This document shows positions 25,959 to 53,335 of a stretch of DNA of 64,000 nucleotides, one piece after another. The notes under the pieces were generated by a model. The model saw nothing but the letters and a program-made list of their open reading frames with translations. It did not search any database and had not been told where the DNA came from. Each line of letters starts with the position of its first letter. Position 1 is the stretch's first letter. Location: positions 328,407-392,406 of the forward strand of contig NIVC01000218.1 of assembly GCA_002269645.1 (NCBI GenBank), read 5' to 3'. A program made the position numbers and the translations under genes. Source of the DNA: Macrostomum lignano (taxonomy: Eukaryota).

Positions 25959-28900
25959 ATGGCTGGCAGCAACAGGTTACTCTCTCTGGCAGTGGGTCTG
26001 GTTGCCGGCGCCATGGTGACGCAACTGATTCACGTAGCGAACCATTCGTTGGCAATCCACCACTTGACTGATGAACAGCGGCCAAGCGAAAAATTTGAGC
26101 AGAAACTCAAACCTGAGGCTAAGATTCCTAGTGCAGATTGTCCATCTGCGACTTCTCAGGCAACTCGACTCAATATAGTTGACCAATTGTTTAATAGAGT
26201 TAGAATTCTCTGTCTAATTATGACTCATCCGGCTAACTATGCCGAGAATGCGGTTGCCGTGAACAACACCTGGGCTAGGCGCTGCAATCGCTATGCTTTC
26301 TTTGGTAGCGCCCGGACTCGACTGAAGATTCCACTGGTCTGTGAGTTGTGCCGCCGGTAGCCCGTTGGCAAGGCGACTTGGAAGAAGAAAAATGCGCCGC
26401 AAATCTAAGAGCGGGGAGATGAAGAGTTAAGAGGAAGTGGGGAAGGGGAGGGAGATATAGGGAGAGGGGAAGAGGGGGAGAGGGGAAGAGGGGAAGAGAG
26501 GGAGAAGGGAAGAGGGGAAGAGAGAAGGGAAGAAAGGGAGAGGGGAAGAGAGAGAGGGGAAGAGAGAGAGGGAGAGAGGGGAAGAGAGGGAAAGGGGAAG
26601 AGAGAGAGAGAGAGGGGAAGAGAGAGAAGGGAAGAAAGGGAGAGGGGAAGAGAGAGAGGGGGGTGAAGAGAGGGAGAGGGGAAGAGAGGGAGAGGGGAAG
26701 AGAGGGAGAGGGGAAGAGGGGAAGAGAGGGAGAGGGGAAGAGGGGAAGAGAGGGAGAGGGGAAGAAAGGGAGAGGGGAAGAGAGGGAGAGGGGAAGAGAG
26801 GGAGAAGGGAAGAGAGGGAGAGGGGAAGAGAGGGAGAGGGGAAAAGAGGGAGAGGGAAAAAGGGAGAACGGAAGAAAGGAAGTGGGGAAGAGAGGGAGAA
26901 GGGAAGAGAGGAAGAGGGGAAGAGAGGGAGAGGGGAAGAGAGGGAGAAGGGAAGAGAGGGAGAGGGGGAAGAAAGGGAGATTGGTAACGGCGAAGAAAGA
27001 ACCTTAGAAATTGGATCTCCATAAGGAGTTTCTCAGGTGCATTATATTGAAGTCTTCATTATCTGCTGATATGTATCGTGATTGTGGTAATGCTAATTAC
27101 GTATCGTAATTAGCATAACAAAGCCAAAAATATTACCGGTTGCCCATTAACGCCCTGAACATCAAGGAGAAGCGCAGAAATCTGTGGAAGAAGACTTGGA
27201 TGTCATTCCAATACGCAGAAGCGCACTTCAACTTTGACAACTTCGACTTCATACTAAAAGCAGACGATGACAGTTATTTTGTGATGGAGAACATGCGCTA
27301 CCTTCTTCTGTCGCAGGATCCCGATCAGCCCAGCCTGCTTGGCCGGGTGTTCAAGCCGCGCAGCTGGTTAAAGCAGAAGTACACCTCTGGTGGCGCCGGC
27401 TATCTGCTGTCACGGGGAGCGGCGAAAATTTTTGCCAGCAAAGCAGTGAAAAGCGGAGGCACTAAACCTAAGGCCTGCGATTTGAGGTCCAGCATGCCCG
27501 AGGATGTCAAAATGGGTGAGCGGCTCGAAGTTCCCGTTGTTCCACTGGGCTGCGACATCATGAGGGCTTAAGTTAGAGTCCGTTGGCACCTGACAATGGT
27601 TTGATAATCTCTTGTCCCTACTCCTCTCTTCTATCCACTCTCTCTGCTTAATCCATTCTTCTCTTTCCCTTTCTACCTTTTTCATCGCTATTCTCACTCC
27701 TCTCCTCTCTCTTCTCTCTTCTCTCCTCTCTTTTCTCTACTCCCTCTTCTCAACTCTCTCTTCTCTCCCCTCTCCTCTCTCCTCTCTTCTCTCCCCTCTC
27801 CTCTCACTTCTCTCCTCTGTCTCCTCTCCTCTCTCTCTTCTCTCCTCTCTCTTATCTCCTCTCTCCTCTCTCTTATCTCACCTCTCCTCTCTCCTCTCTC
27901 CTCTCTCTTATCTTATCTCTCCTCTCTCTTCTCTCCTCTCCCTTCTCTCCTCTCTCTTCTCTCCTCTCTCTTCTCTCCTCTCACCTCTCTCCTCTCTCCT
28001 CTCTCTTATCTTATCTCTCCTCTCTCCTCTCTCCTCTCTCCTCTCTCTTTCTCTCCTCTCTTCTCTCCCCTCTCCTCTCTTCTCTCTTCTCTCCCCTCTC
28101 CTCTCTCATCCCACCTCTCCTCTCTCCTCTCTCCTCTCTCTTATCTTATCTCTCCTCTCTCCTCTCTCCCTTCTCCTCTCTCATCTCTCCTGTCTGCTCT
28201 CTTCTCTCCTCTTTCCACTCTCCTCTTTCCCTCCCATCTCCTCTACTCTATTTTCTCTCTTCTTTCCCCCTCCTCTCCCTCCTTCTTATCTTATCACTTT
28301 ACTCCCTTCCATCTCCTGTATGCAAACATGTACTCTTTTTCCCTATTCCCCCATCTTTCCCTATGCTGTCCCCCCCCCAACCTTCTCCACCGCTATCTCC
28401 CGATCCTGACTTGGCTCCGCAGGCCAGTGCCTGGCAAAGCTCGGCGTTCGAATATTGGACACTGAGGACAGGCAGGGCCTGACGCGCTTCCATCCGCTGC
28501 CTCTGCAGTACACTCTCGGCCTGACCTCGGCTCCTGATTGGCTGATCGACTACAGCTATCATAAGTTTCGGGCCGTGAGTAGCCTACTGTTTCAAACAAA
28601 TTCTGGGACTTGAATTATTTCGGACCTAATGAAACTAATGTCTTGTGGAATTTTGGTCCTGATTTAGATCCTATAAATGAAATTTAGGTCCTGATGAAAT
28701 TAATGTCTTGTCAAATTTAGGTCCTGATTTAGATCCTATAACGTGACATTTAGGTCTTAATGAAATTTTCATTTCCTAATGAAATTTAGGTCCGAATGAA
28801 ATTTAGGTCCGAATGAAATTTAGGTCTAAATGAAATTTAGGTCCAAATGAAATTTAGGTCCGAATGAAATTTAAATCTAAATGAAATTTAGGTCTAAATG

Positions 28901-29212
28901 AAATTTAGGTCCAAATGAAATTTAGGTCCGAATGAAATCCTCCAATTCTTTACTAACAGCTGAGGGAGCCTCAAGCAGCCTTAGTAGGCAACTCATGCAC
29001 ATGATCCACGCCCCCCTTCCTTCACTCGTTTGCAGTGCGTCAAAGGCTGCGCCAGCCCTGTGTCAGTGTCGGTTCACTACGTCTCACCCGACGAGATGTA
29101 CCAGTATGAGTTTCTGCTGTACACACTGCGACCCATAGGAACTGATCCCATTGCTGAGCACACTAGACTTCTTCTAGAGGCTATGAAGAGGCCATTGGGA
29201 GAAGGAGAATAA
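25959..29212 (+). CDS. C1GALT1: C1GALT1-like copy C (divergent paralog); 4 exons, exon-2 acceptor non-canonical
   Basis: Exons 25959-26340, ~27153-27515, 28423-28574, 29036-29212. TM anchor, [61 protein letters not shown]. The homologous acceptor position reads ..ttaacg| instead of ..ag|. Confidence 0.8.
26420..26980. repeat. Purine-rich (GA) low-complexity tract, intron 1 of C
   Basis: Direct reading. Confidence 0.93.
27690..28280. repeat. Pyrimidine-rich (CT) low-complexity tract, intron 2 of C
   Basis: Direct reading. Confidence 0.93.
28675..28945. repeat. 17-bp minisatellite (atgaaatttaggtccga), intron 3 of C
   Basis: Direct reading. Confidence 0.9.
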
Positions 29213-29509
29213 GTCTATAGCAACTTTTCACTAAACTGTTTCGTCATCAATATCCAACACGAAGGTTCATGAACTCTAATCAACGATAACAATTAAATCA
29301 TGGCATGCTACTTATAGTAGCAGCCTATATGCATATAGCTCGTATTGGTGTTTTTGATTTAATAAAAACTGATCATTTTCATTGGGCTATTTAGGTTACC
29401 ACCCGATGATGTTAGATCTATTAAAATAAGTAAATAAATTTTGGCCTTCCTGAGACTATTAATTCTGCTTTTTTAATTGAACCAGACAGGCCATTCTCTG
29501 CACCTCTTT

Positions 29510-29513
29510 GTAT

Positions 29514-29590
<77 letters not shown>

Positions 29591-29591
29591 A

Positions 29592-29633
<42 letters not shown>

Positions 29634-29634
29634 A

Positions 29635-29683
<49 letters not shown>

Positions 29684-29692
29684 GGTCTGTCC

Positions 29693-29748
<56 letters not shown>

Positions 29749-29757
29749 GGTCTGTCC

Positions 29758-29851
<94 letters not shown>

Positions 29852-29880
29852 GTGCCTGTCTGTCTGTCTGTCTGTCTGTT
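29510..29880. repeat. (TGTC)n microsatellite
   Basis: Direct reading. Confidence 0.97.
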
Positions 29881-30302
29881 TTCTGATTGTGAGAGGGTGA
29901 GAGTTGGAGAGTGAAAGTGGTGCAATACAGGCAAAGCAGCAAAAGTATACTGCAGTGAGAGCATAACAGTGAGAGGTAGCGAACACCGCAAGCCGCCTGA
30001 CCCCCAGTAACATGAGCTAGACAACCGCTCCTAGAAACTTGGTCATACACTTTTTGACTTGCATAAGGATTGTATAACCGCCGCTAGAGTTTAAAGAAGC
30101 TAGAAAAAGAACTGAAATGAGAAAGGAAGGCAAAACTTGAGAATATGAAACCTTTCATTAATCCAGATAGCCCTACAATTCCTGCAACAGCCCGCCATCC
30201 ACCTCAACCTCCACATTCCTCAAAAGTAGACGCCATGTGGTTGCTGCACACAGATCCTCATTTCAAGCCATACCAACAGATCCCATTGCTGCAACAACCG
30301 CT

Positions 30303-32668
30303 ATGCTGATTACCACAGCGACTCTCAATAGAAAAATTGTGGCTTTTTCCCTGGGCGCCATGCTTGGCGCTCTGGCCACTCAAATTGTGATGATGGCTAC
30401 TGGAAGCCGCGAGCCAATAGAGGACTATCACCATGGCAACCAGGCATCGGCGTACTCATTGGCACCGGATCCAGTTTATCAACTGTCGACCCCAACGCCG
30501 ACAGAAGCAGCGCCTGAAGCTATTGAAGAGATTGGTAGGAAGGTTCGTCTGCTCTGCCTGATCATGACTCATCCGGGAAATTATAAAACCAAAGCTATTG
30601 CCACGAACAACACCTGGGCCAACAGGTGTGATAAATACATTTTTGTTGGCAGCAATGCGACCCAGCTCAATCTGCCATTGATGCGTGAGTTCTTCTATGA
30701 AGTTTCGATTGCATTTCGCTTGCTTACTTGACTATCGTATTTTCGATACATATCGGCAACATAAACAGGTGTGTACTTAAATGTAGAATCTTTCATTTTG
30801 CATGCCTCTCTTACAACTCCGACACTCCACATCTCCGACATTTCATATCACCGACACTTCATATCTCCGACACTTCATATCACCGACACTCCACATCTCC
30901 GACACTCCATATCACCGACACTTCATATCACCGACACTTCATATCACCGACACTCCATATCACCGACACTTCATATCTCCGACACTTCATATCTCCGACA
31001 CTTCATATCTCCGACACTCCATATCGCTGACACTTCATATCTCCGCACTTCAGTTTAATAGCTTCATTCACAACTCCGACACTTCATATCTCCGTCAGGG
31101 TTAAGGGTTTAGCTTACGTGAGATATAAAGCACCCCTGCGTACGTATCCTCGCTCAATGTTGCTCAGGGTAGTCGGCGGAATGGGCGGTAATGCCTCTCG
31201 CCGTTTGTATGACACAGCTAGCCCTCCTGCCTCTAATAAAAAAGCGCTCCCAACCGCTCCCAACAAGACTTGAACCTCACGGACGTGTACAACAACCTGT
31301 GGCAGAAGGCTTGGATGTCATTCGATTGGGCTGAGCGATGGTTGAACATAGACCAATTCGATTTTGTGCTCAAAGCAGACGATGACACATTTGTTGTGGT
31401 GGAGAACCTCCGTCTTCTGCTAGCCCAGTTGGATCCCGGACAGCCCGTCCATCTGGGCCGGTGGTTTTTCTACGATCGCGACCCGAAGCAGAGCTACATG
31501 TCCGGCGGGGGTGGCTACGTCTTGTCCAGAGCTGCTGTCCGACTGTTTCTGGCCAGAGCCGTGCGATCAGCTTCAACACCCAAAGAGTGCGACCTGCAGG
31601 AGCACACTGCGGAGGACTGGAAGATGGGTGAGCGGCTGTGACGGGATCTCCGAGTGTGTTTCTCAGCTGTGAGTCTGCTGTGGGTCTGGTGTGAGTCTGG
31701 TGTGAGTCTCTTGAGTCTGGAGTGAGTCTCTTGAGTCTGGAGTGAGTCTCTTGAGTCTGGAGTGAGTCTCTTGAGTCTGGAGTGAGTCTCTTGAGTCTGG
31801 AGTGAGTCTCTTGAGTCTGGAGTGAGTCTCTTGAGTCTGGAGTGAGTCTCTTGAGTCTGGAGTGAGTCTCTTGAGTCTGGGGTGAGTCTCTTGAGTCTGG
31901 AGTGAGTCTCTTGAGTCTGGGGTGAGTCTGGTGTGAGTCTGGGGTGAGTCTCTTGAGTCTGGAGTGAGTCTCTTGAGTCTGGTGTGAGTCTCTTGAGTCT
32001 GGAGTGAGTCTCTTGAGTCTGGTGTGAGTCTCTTGAGTCTGGAGTGAGTCTTTTGAGTCTGGTGTGAGTCTGGTGTGAGTCTGGTGTGAGTCTGGTGTGA
32101 GTCTGGGGTGAGTCTGGTGTGAGTCTGGTGTGAGTCTGGTGTGAGTCTGGTGTGAGTCTGGTGTGAGTCTGGTGTGAGTCTGGGGTGAGTCTGGTGTGAG
32201 TCTGGTGTGAGTCTGGTGTGAGTCTGGTGTGAGTCTGGTGTGAGTCTGGGGTGAGTCTGGGGTGAGTCTGGGGTGAGTCTGGTGTGAGTCTGGTGTGAGT
32301 CTGTCTCTGGGTGAGTTTTGTAATCGTGTCTCTTTGCCATAAAGTATCCAGGTTGACTGTGACTTCTTGACTCATCAGGTCTCTTATGTATAGGCATCTG
32401 CAGACATTGATTCAACAATAAAACCACTTCAATCTCTACAGGCACGTGTCTTTCAAGTCTGGGAGTGAAATTTGTAGACAGCCGAGACGTGGGGGGTCTG
32501 GACCGGTTCCACCCCATCAACGTCGAGTACATGATCGGCTGGGGGCCCGCCGAGATGCCGCCATGGATGTGGAAAATTAATTATTATAAATTCAGGGCTG
32601 TGAGTGCCGGGGTCGAAACTGAAACAAACAGACAGACAGACAATAAGACAGAAGGACATACAGACAGG

Positions 32669-32714
<46 letters not shown>

Positions 32715-32801
32715 CTAAGAAAGACAGACAGACAGACAGAAAGACAGACAGACAGACACTAAGAAAGACAGACAGACAGACAGACACATAGACAGACACT
32801 A

Positions 32802-32854
<53 letters not shown>

Positions 32855-32865
32855 CTAAGACACTA

Positions 32866-32910
<45 letters not shown>

Positions 32911-32997
32911 CTAAGAAAGACAGACAGACAGACAGAAAGACAGACAGACAGACACTAAGAAAGACAGACAGACAGACAGACACATAGACAGACACTA

Positions 32998-33062
<65 letters not shown>

Positions 33063-33078
33063 CTAAGACACTAAGACC

Positions 33079-33138
<60 letters not shown>

Positions 33139-33233
33139 GGCACACAGACAGACAGACACATAGACAAACACTAACACAGACAGACAGACAGACACTAAGA
33201 AAGACAGACAGACAGACACATAGACAGACACTA

Positions 33234-33272
<39 letters not shown>

Positions 33273-33580
33273 AAGACAGACAGACAGACAGACAGACAGA
33301 CACAGCAACGCAAAAAAGACACAAACACAAACAGATACAGAGCAGACACAGGCAGACAGAAAGATACATGTAAACAGACAGTAACGCGAACAGCCACCCA
33401 TCCACACGTGTCCCGCAGTGTCTAGAAAAGTGCGTGAGCAGCGTGGCGGCCACCTTCCACTACACGGACAATTTGTACCTGATGGAGTTCCTGCTGTACG
33501 GCGTCAGGCCATTCGGCGTTGATCCAACCAAGGAGGAACTGCAGACTCAACTGAAGCGACTGCGAAAGCAACCTCGCTGA
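30303..33580 (+). CDS. C1GALT1: C1GALT1-like copy B'; 4 exons, 353 aa
   Basis: Exons 30303-30684, 31268-31627, 32442-32599, 33419-33580 (382+360+158+162 = 1062 nt). GT-AG, phases 1,1,0. Motifs [57 protein letters not shown]. Confidence 0.93.
30810..31095. repeat. 16-bp minisatellite (ccgacacttcatatct), intron 1 of B'
   Basis: Direct reading; absent from B intron 1. Confidence 0.93.
31685..32305 (+). repeat. 10/20-bp gtgagtct-based satellite, intron 2 of B'
   Basis: Units gtgagtctgg and gtgagtctcttgagtctgga. Confidence 0.94.
32620..33380. repeat. (GACA)n microsatellite, intron 3 of B'
   Basis: Direct reading. Confidence 0.96.
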
Positions 33581-33913
33581 TTCAGACTGCTTGCTTCCTA
33601 TGTACTGCTCATAGTACTATATGAGCAAGCGTTTGTTTTTAAATCGTAGTTTCTGTTTCTGTAAATTATTTCAAAGCACCTGTTCCAAATGATTTTGAAT
33701 ATGTGTACCATTTTGCTGTGTCGCTTTAGTACTAAAAATATCTGCAGTATTGTGGATGTTCTTGGTGAAATTTTTTGCTCGCTAGTAACTGAAATGAAAT
33801 TATGTACATGTAAAATCAGGACCCAGTTGATAAAAATCAAATATATTGATTGCCTCCTGACACCCAATTTAGCTCCACCGCTGAAATTAAAATTAGTGCC
33901 TGTCTGTCTGTGC

Positions 33914-33948
<35 letters not shown>

Positions 33949-34008
33949 GTAGTGTCTGTCTGTCTGTCTGTCTGTCTTTCTGTCTGTCTGTGCGTCTGTC
34001 TGTCTTAG

Positions 34009-34057
<49 letters not shown>

Positions 34058-34288
34058 TAGTGTCTGTCTATGTGTCTGTCTTTTTACCAGACGTTGGTAA
34101 AAAGCACTGTTTCGACAGGCAACAGCCAAAATTTATGATGCAGTTAGAAGTCGCCCAGCACCAAATTTTGCTTGAAGATGTCCTGGACTCGGATGAAGAG
34201 GGAAAAAAGGAAGAGCGGAGGAAACCCTGACTGGTCCTCTTCTGGTTGGCTGGGGTCTGGGATAAGGACGGGAGTTGGGGAAGAGGGC

Positions 34289-34532
34289 TATAAAAGGGGT
34301 TGTCCAGCGTGACTCACTCCCTCCACACAGCACTGAAAGGCAGTAGCCGAGTCAGAAGGCTGGCTCTCCGAACTAAGCAAGAACATTCACATTTCCTGCA
34401 TCAATCACCAAAGCCGGTTGTTTCACTTCGTCACGGTTTTGCAGTCCTTTATTGCACTATTTTCACTGGAATCGCTGAACTGCAGACCATCGCGTTCTCG
34501 GGTGTGGTTGGTAGGAGCGTAAAGTGGTAAGA
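34289..34532 (+). promoter_or_regulatory. Candidate TATA box and non-coding first exon (possibly of the PHLDB-like gene)
   Basis: TATAAAAG at 34289, TGACTCA at 34310, donor-like G|GTAAGA at 34526/34527. The link to PHLDB is inference only. Confidence 0.3.
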
Positions 34533-34739
34533 AGTGACGTTTTTATGACTAATTATGCATTATAAAGCGCTAGCATTATGCATACGAACTCAAGCCGAGA
34601 CCGTCTCTGTCATCTGCATGTCTGACATTTCAATGTAGATTGCAATGCTTAGTCAGCCACAAAAATTATAACAATTGTTGAAATGGAACGCGATTAAAGG
34701 GCCTTCTTCTAAAGATCAGAGGCGCCAAAGCTCAGGAGG

Positions 34740-35240
<501 letters not shown>

Positions 35241-35864
35241 AAAGCCAAACTCACAGGCAGAGACAGCAGTGTGCATGTGCGTAATTTTCACTATTGATCT
35301 ATCAAACGCTCTCTTCTCCGCACTGGACATTCCGCTGTGCAATGAATGCGCAACGGGGGGGGGGGGTGGCCTTGCCTCCGAGACCTGCTCAAAATTGACT
35401 CATTAGACTTGACTCACCCGCGTGTTCGTCTTCTCTGTCCCCAGTTCCCCTTAGGTCCCAGTATTATGTATATTAGTAGGCTAATTTAACTCTAACTATT
35501 TTTTATCGCTATAAATTGTCTGTAGACAGAATTTGATTTTAGGTAATTATATATCTAAGGATTAAAAATCGATACTAAATATGTCTTTAAGTCTCTGGGG
35601 GGGGGGGGTATTTTAGCTCTGTAGGTATCGATACGACGCTTGCTTTAATTAAGAAGTTTGAAATATCGTTTTATGGCATCAGGAGCTGAATTTATACGAC
35701 ATGGTCATGACTGCGAAAGAAATAATAAAAAACTGGGTTTAAGTTAACAGACCGCTGTTAGATTATTATCTCCTACGGGTATGTACACGGTTAGTTTTAG
35801 GGTAGGTTATACAGGCTGATAGGGTAAACAGGTCATGAATCTTTAAGAGATTGGGAAAATTGTA

Positions 35865-36680
35865 GGTCATGACCCGATAAGAATCCGTGGGTCATGGGTC
35901 ATGACCCGATAAGAATCCGTGGGTCATGGGTCATGACCCGATAAGAATCCGTGGGTCATAGGTCATGACCCGATGAGAATCCATGGGTCATGGGTCATGA
36001 CCCGATAAGAATCCGTGGGTCATGGGTCATGACCCGATAAGAATCCGTGGGTCATGGGTCATGACCCGATAAGAATCCGTGGGTCATAGGTCATGACCCG
36101 ATGAGAATCCGTGGGTCATGGGTCATGACCCGATGAGAATCCGTGGGTCATGGGTCATGACCCGATAAGAATCCGTGGGTCATAGGTCATGACCCGATAA
36201 GAATCCGTGGGTCATGGGTCATGACTAGATGAGAATCCGTGGGTCATGGGTCATGACCCGATAAGAATCCGTGGGTCATGGGTCATGACCCGATAAGAAT
36301 CCGTGGGTCATGGGTCATGACCCGATAAGAATCCGTGGGTCATAGGTCATGACCCGATGAGAATCCGTGGGTCATGGGTCATGACCCGATAAGAATCCGT
36401 GGGTCATGGGTCATGACCCGATAAGAATCCGTGGGTCATGGGTCATGACCCGATAAGAATCCGTGGGTCATGGGTCATGACCCGATAAGAATCCGTGGGT
36501 CATGGGTTATGACTAGATGAGAATCCGTGAGTTATAGGTCATGACCCGATGAGAATCCGTGGGTCATGGGTTACGACCCGATGAGAATCCGTGGGTCATG
36601 GGTCATGACCCGATGAGAATCCGTGGGTCATGGGTCATGACCCGATGAGAATCCGTGGGTCATGGGTCACGACCCTAGGA
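35865..36680. repeat. 32-bp quasi-palindromic minisatellite (tcatgacccgataagaatccgtgggtcatggg), ~25 copies
   Basis: Period 32, with internal inverted arms CATGACCC/GGGTCATG. Confidence 0.95.
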
Positions 36681-37149
36681 GAAATATAAAGCCTTTAAGC
36701 CATTATGGGTTCGCCATTGCGGGGAAGTCGGCGAACCCAAAAACCGAGGCTGGATCAACCTTTGCTGAAGGTTCTGCGCCATCAAAAATTGATGCAGGGG
36801 AAAACGGAAAATGCTGCTGATAGGAAAGGGGAAGCTGTGTTGTTTACCGCTACGGGGTCATTGGGTGCAGCTGCGAGAGATTTGACCCCATTGCTAATCT
36901 ACTTGTGGAGAGAAAATCTTCAAATTTTTTGGATATTTTTGATGGAATCGAATTTCGGAAAAACTGTTGAAAAAGTAGCAATTTTTGAGAGATTAACTTT
37001 CGGCTTCGTTCGCATGCGATTCTACTGCGTTCATCAGTCTGATGATAGAGAATACTCTGATCCCCTATCTTCTTCCCAAATCCCCCTTTCTCTACCCCAA
37101 TTTTTTTCTACCATACTCTTTTTTATAACCCTTATTCCTTTCCCTATTC

Positions 37150-37560
37150 CCCACTCTCTACCATATTCCCCACTCTCTACCATTTTCCCCACTCTCTAAC
37201 CTACTTCCCACTCTCTACTCTACTCCCCACTCTCTACCCTACTTCCAACTCTCTACCATTTTCCCCACTCTCTAACCTACTTCCCACTCTCTACTCTACT
37301 CCCCACTCTCTACCCTACTTCCAACTCTCTACTCTACTCCCCAATCTCTACCCTACTTCCCACTCTCTGCTCTACTCCCCACTCTCTACCCTACTCCCAC
37401 TCTCTACCATACTCCTCACTCTCTACCCTACTCCTACTCTCTACCATATTCCCCACTGTCTACCCTACTCTAACCTACTCCCCACTCTCTACCCTACTCC
37501 TCGCTCTCAACCCGACTCTAACCTACTCTTCCCTCTCAACCCTAACCCTCATCGCCCTGC
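37150..37560. repeat. Degenerate ~19-bp pyrimidine-rich minisatellite (ctctaccctactcccact)
   Basis: Direct reading. Confidence 0.8.
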
Positions 37561-38229
37561 AATTATTTAATCTCCTTTCCTAATATTTTCCCTTATTTTT
37601 ATTCTTTCATTTATTCCCTCCCCAAAGAGGGTCACAGGATTGTTGCTGCTATGCCTCTCGCGCATTCACCAACGGACAGGGCTGAGCGAGCTCTGCAACA
37701 GGGGCAGACCCGGTGAGGAATTGCAAGCAGCGCAGCCAACCGACCCTTGACCCACCTGTCAGTCAAGTATCCACCCACCGCCCCCGCGGCCTCCTATCTC
37801 TCCTACTTCTCTCCTTACCGCACGAAACCTTCGCCTAAACAGTCGAATTAAGAATTTCCCAACTTTTTTTGCGCAACTGGCCTCCCTCTACCGTAGTATC
37901 TTCACCCATCCTATACCGCTTAAAATCGTAAAGGAACGGCATTGCCTAGATGAGTCAGCCTGCCTGGCAAGCACCTGGACTGTGGGGGGGGGGGGCTAAC
38001 CTCTACCGACTTTTAGCTGAATACTATTATAAATCAAACTTGCAGAATGTATCTAGGCTAACTGTGTATAATACAAGGTTTGAAAATTAATCTTTTACTA
38101 AGTCTGGGAGACTGAAACTTTCTGCTTTGAATCAATTTGATTCATGACTTCCTTATGCAGGCATGACGTACACACCGGTAGAATCTAAGGTAGGGGTGCG
38201 ATGGACACTGCATGATTTTCCAGACGGAA

Positions 38230-39218
<989 letters not shown>

Positions 39219-39236
39219 CCCTGCCTCACCCCTCAG

Positions 39237-53335
<14,099 letters not shown>

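Noticed and set aside
34135-34230. Short acidic ORF MMQLEVAQHQILLEDVLDSDEEGKKEERRKP
   Set aside because: 31 codons, no recognisable homology and no supporting splice context.
35865-36680. Palindromic ~32-bp repeats resembling a CRISPR array
   Set aside because: Units are head-to-tail with no unique spacers, there are no cas genes, and the context is eukaryotic.
37638-37712. AG/GT-bounded 75-nt segment with an ATG at 37651 as a possible first PHLDB coding exon
   Set aside because: Its ATG frame ends in phase 2, incompatible with the phase-0 acceptor at 39237. At most a UTR exon, and unsupported.
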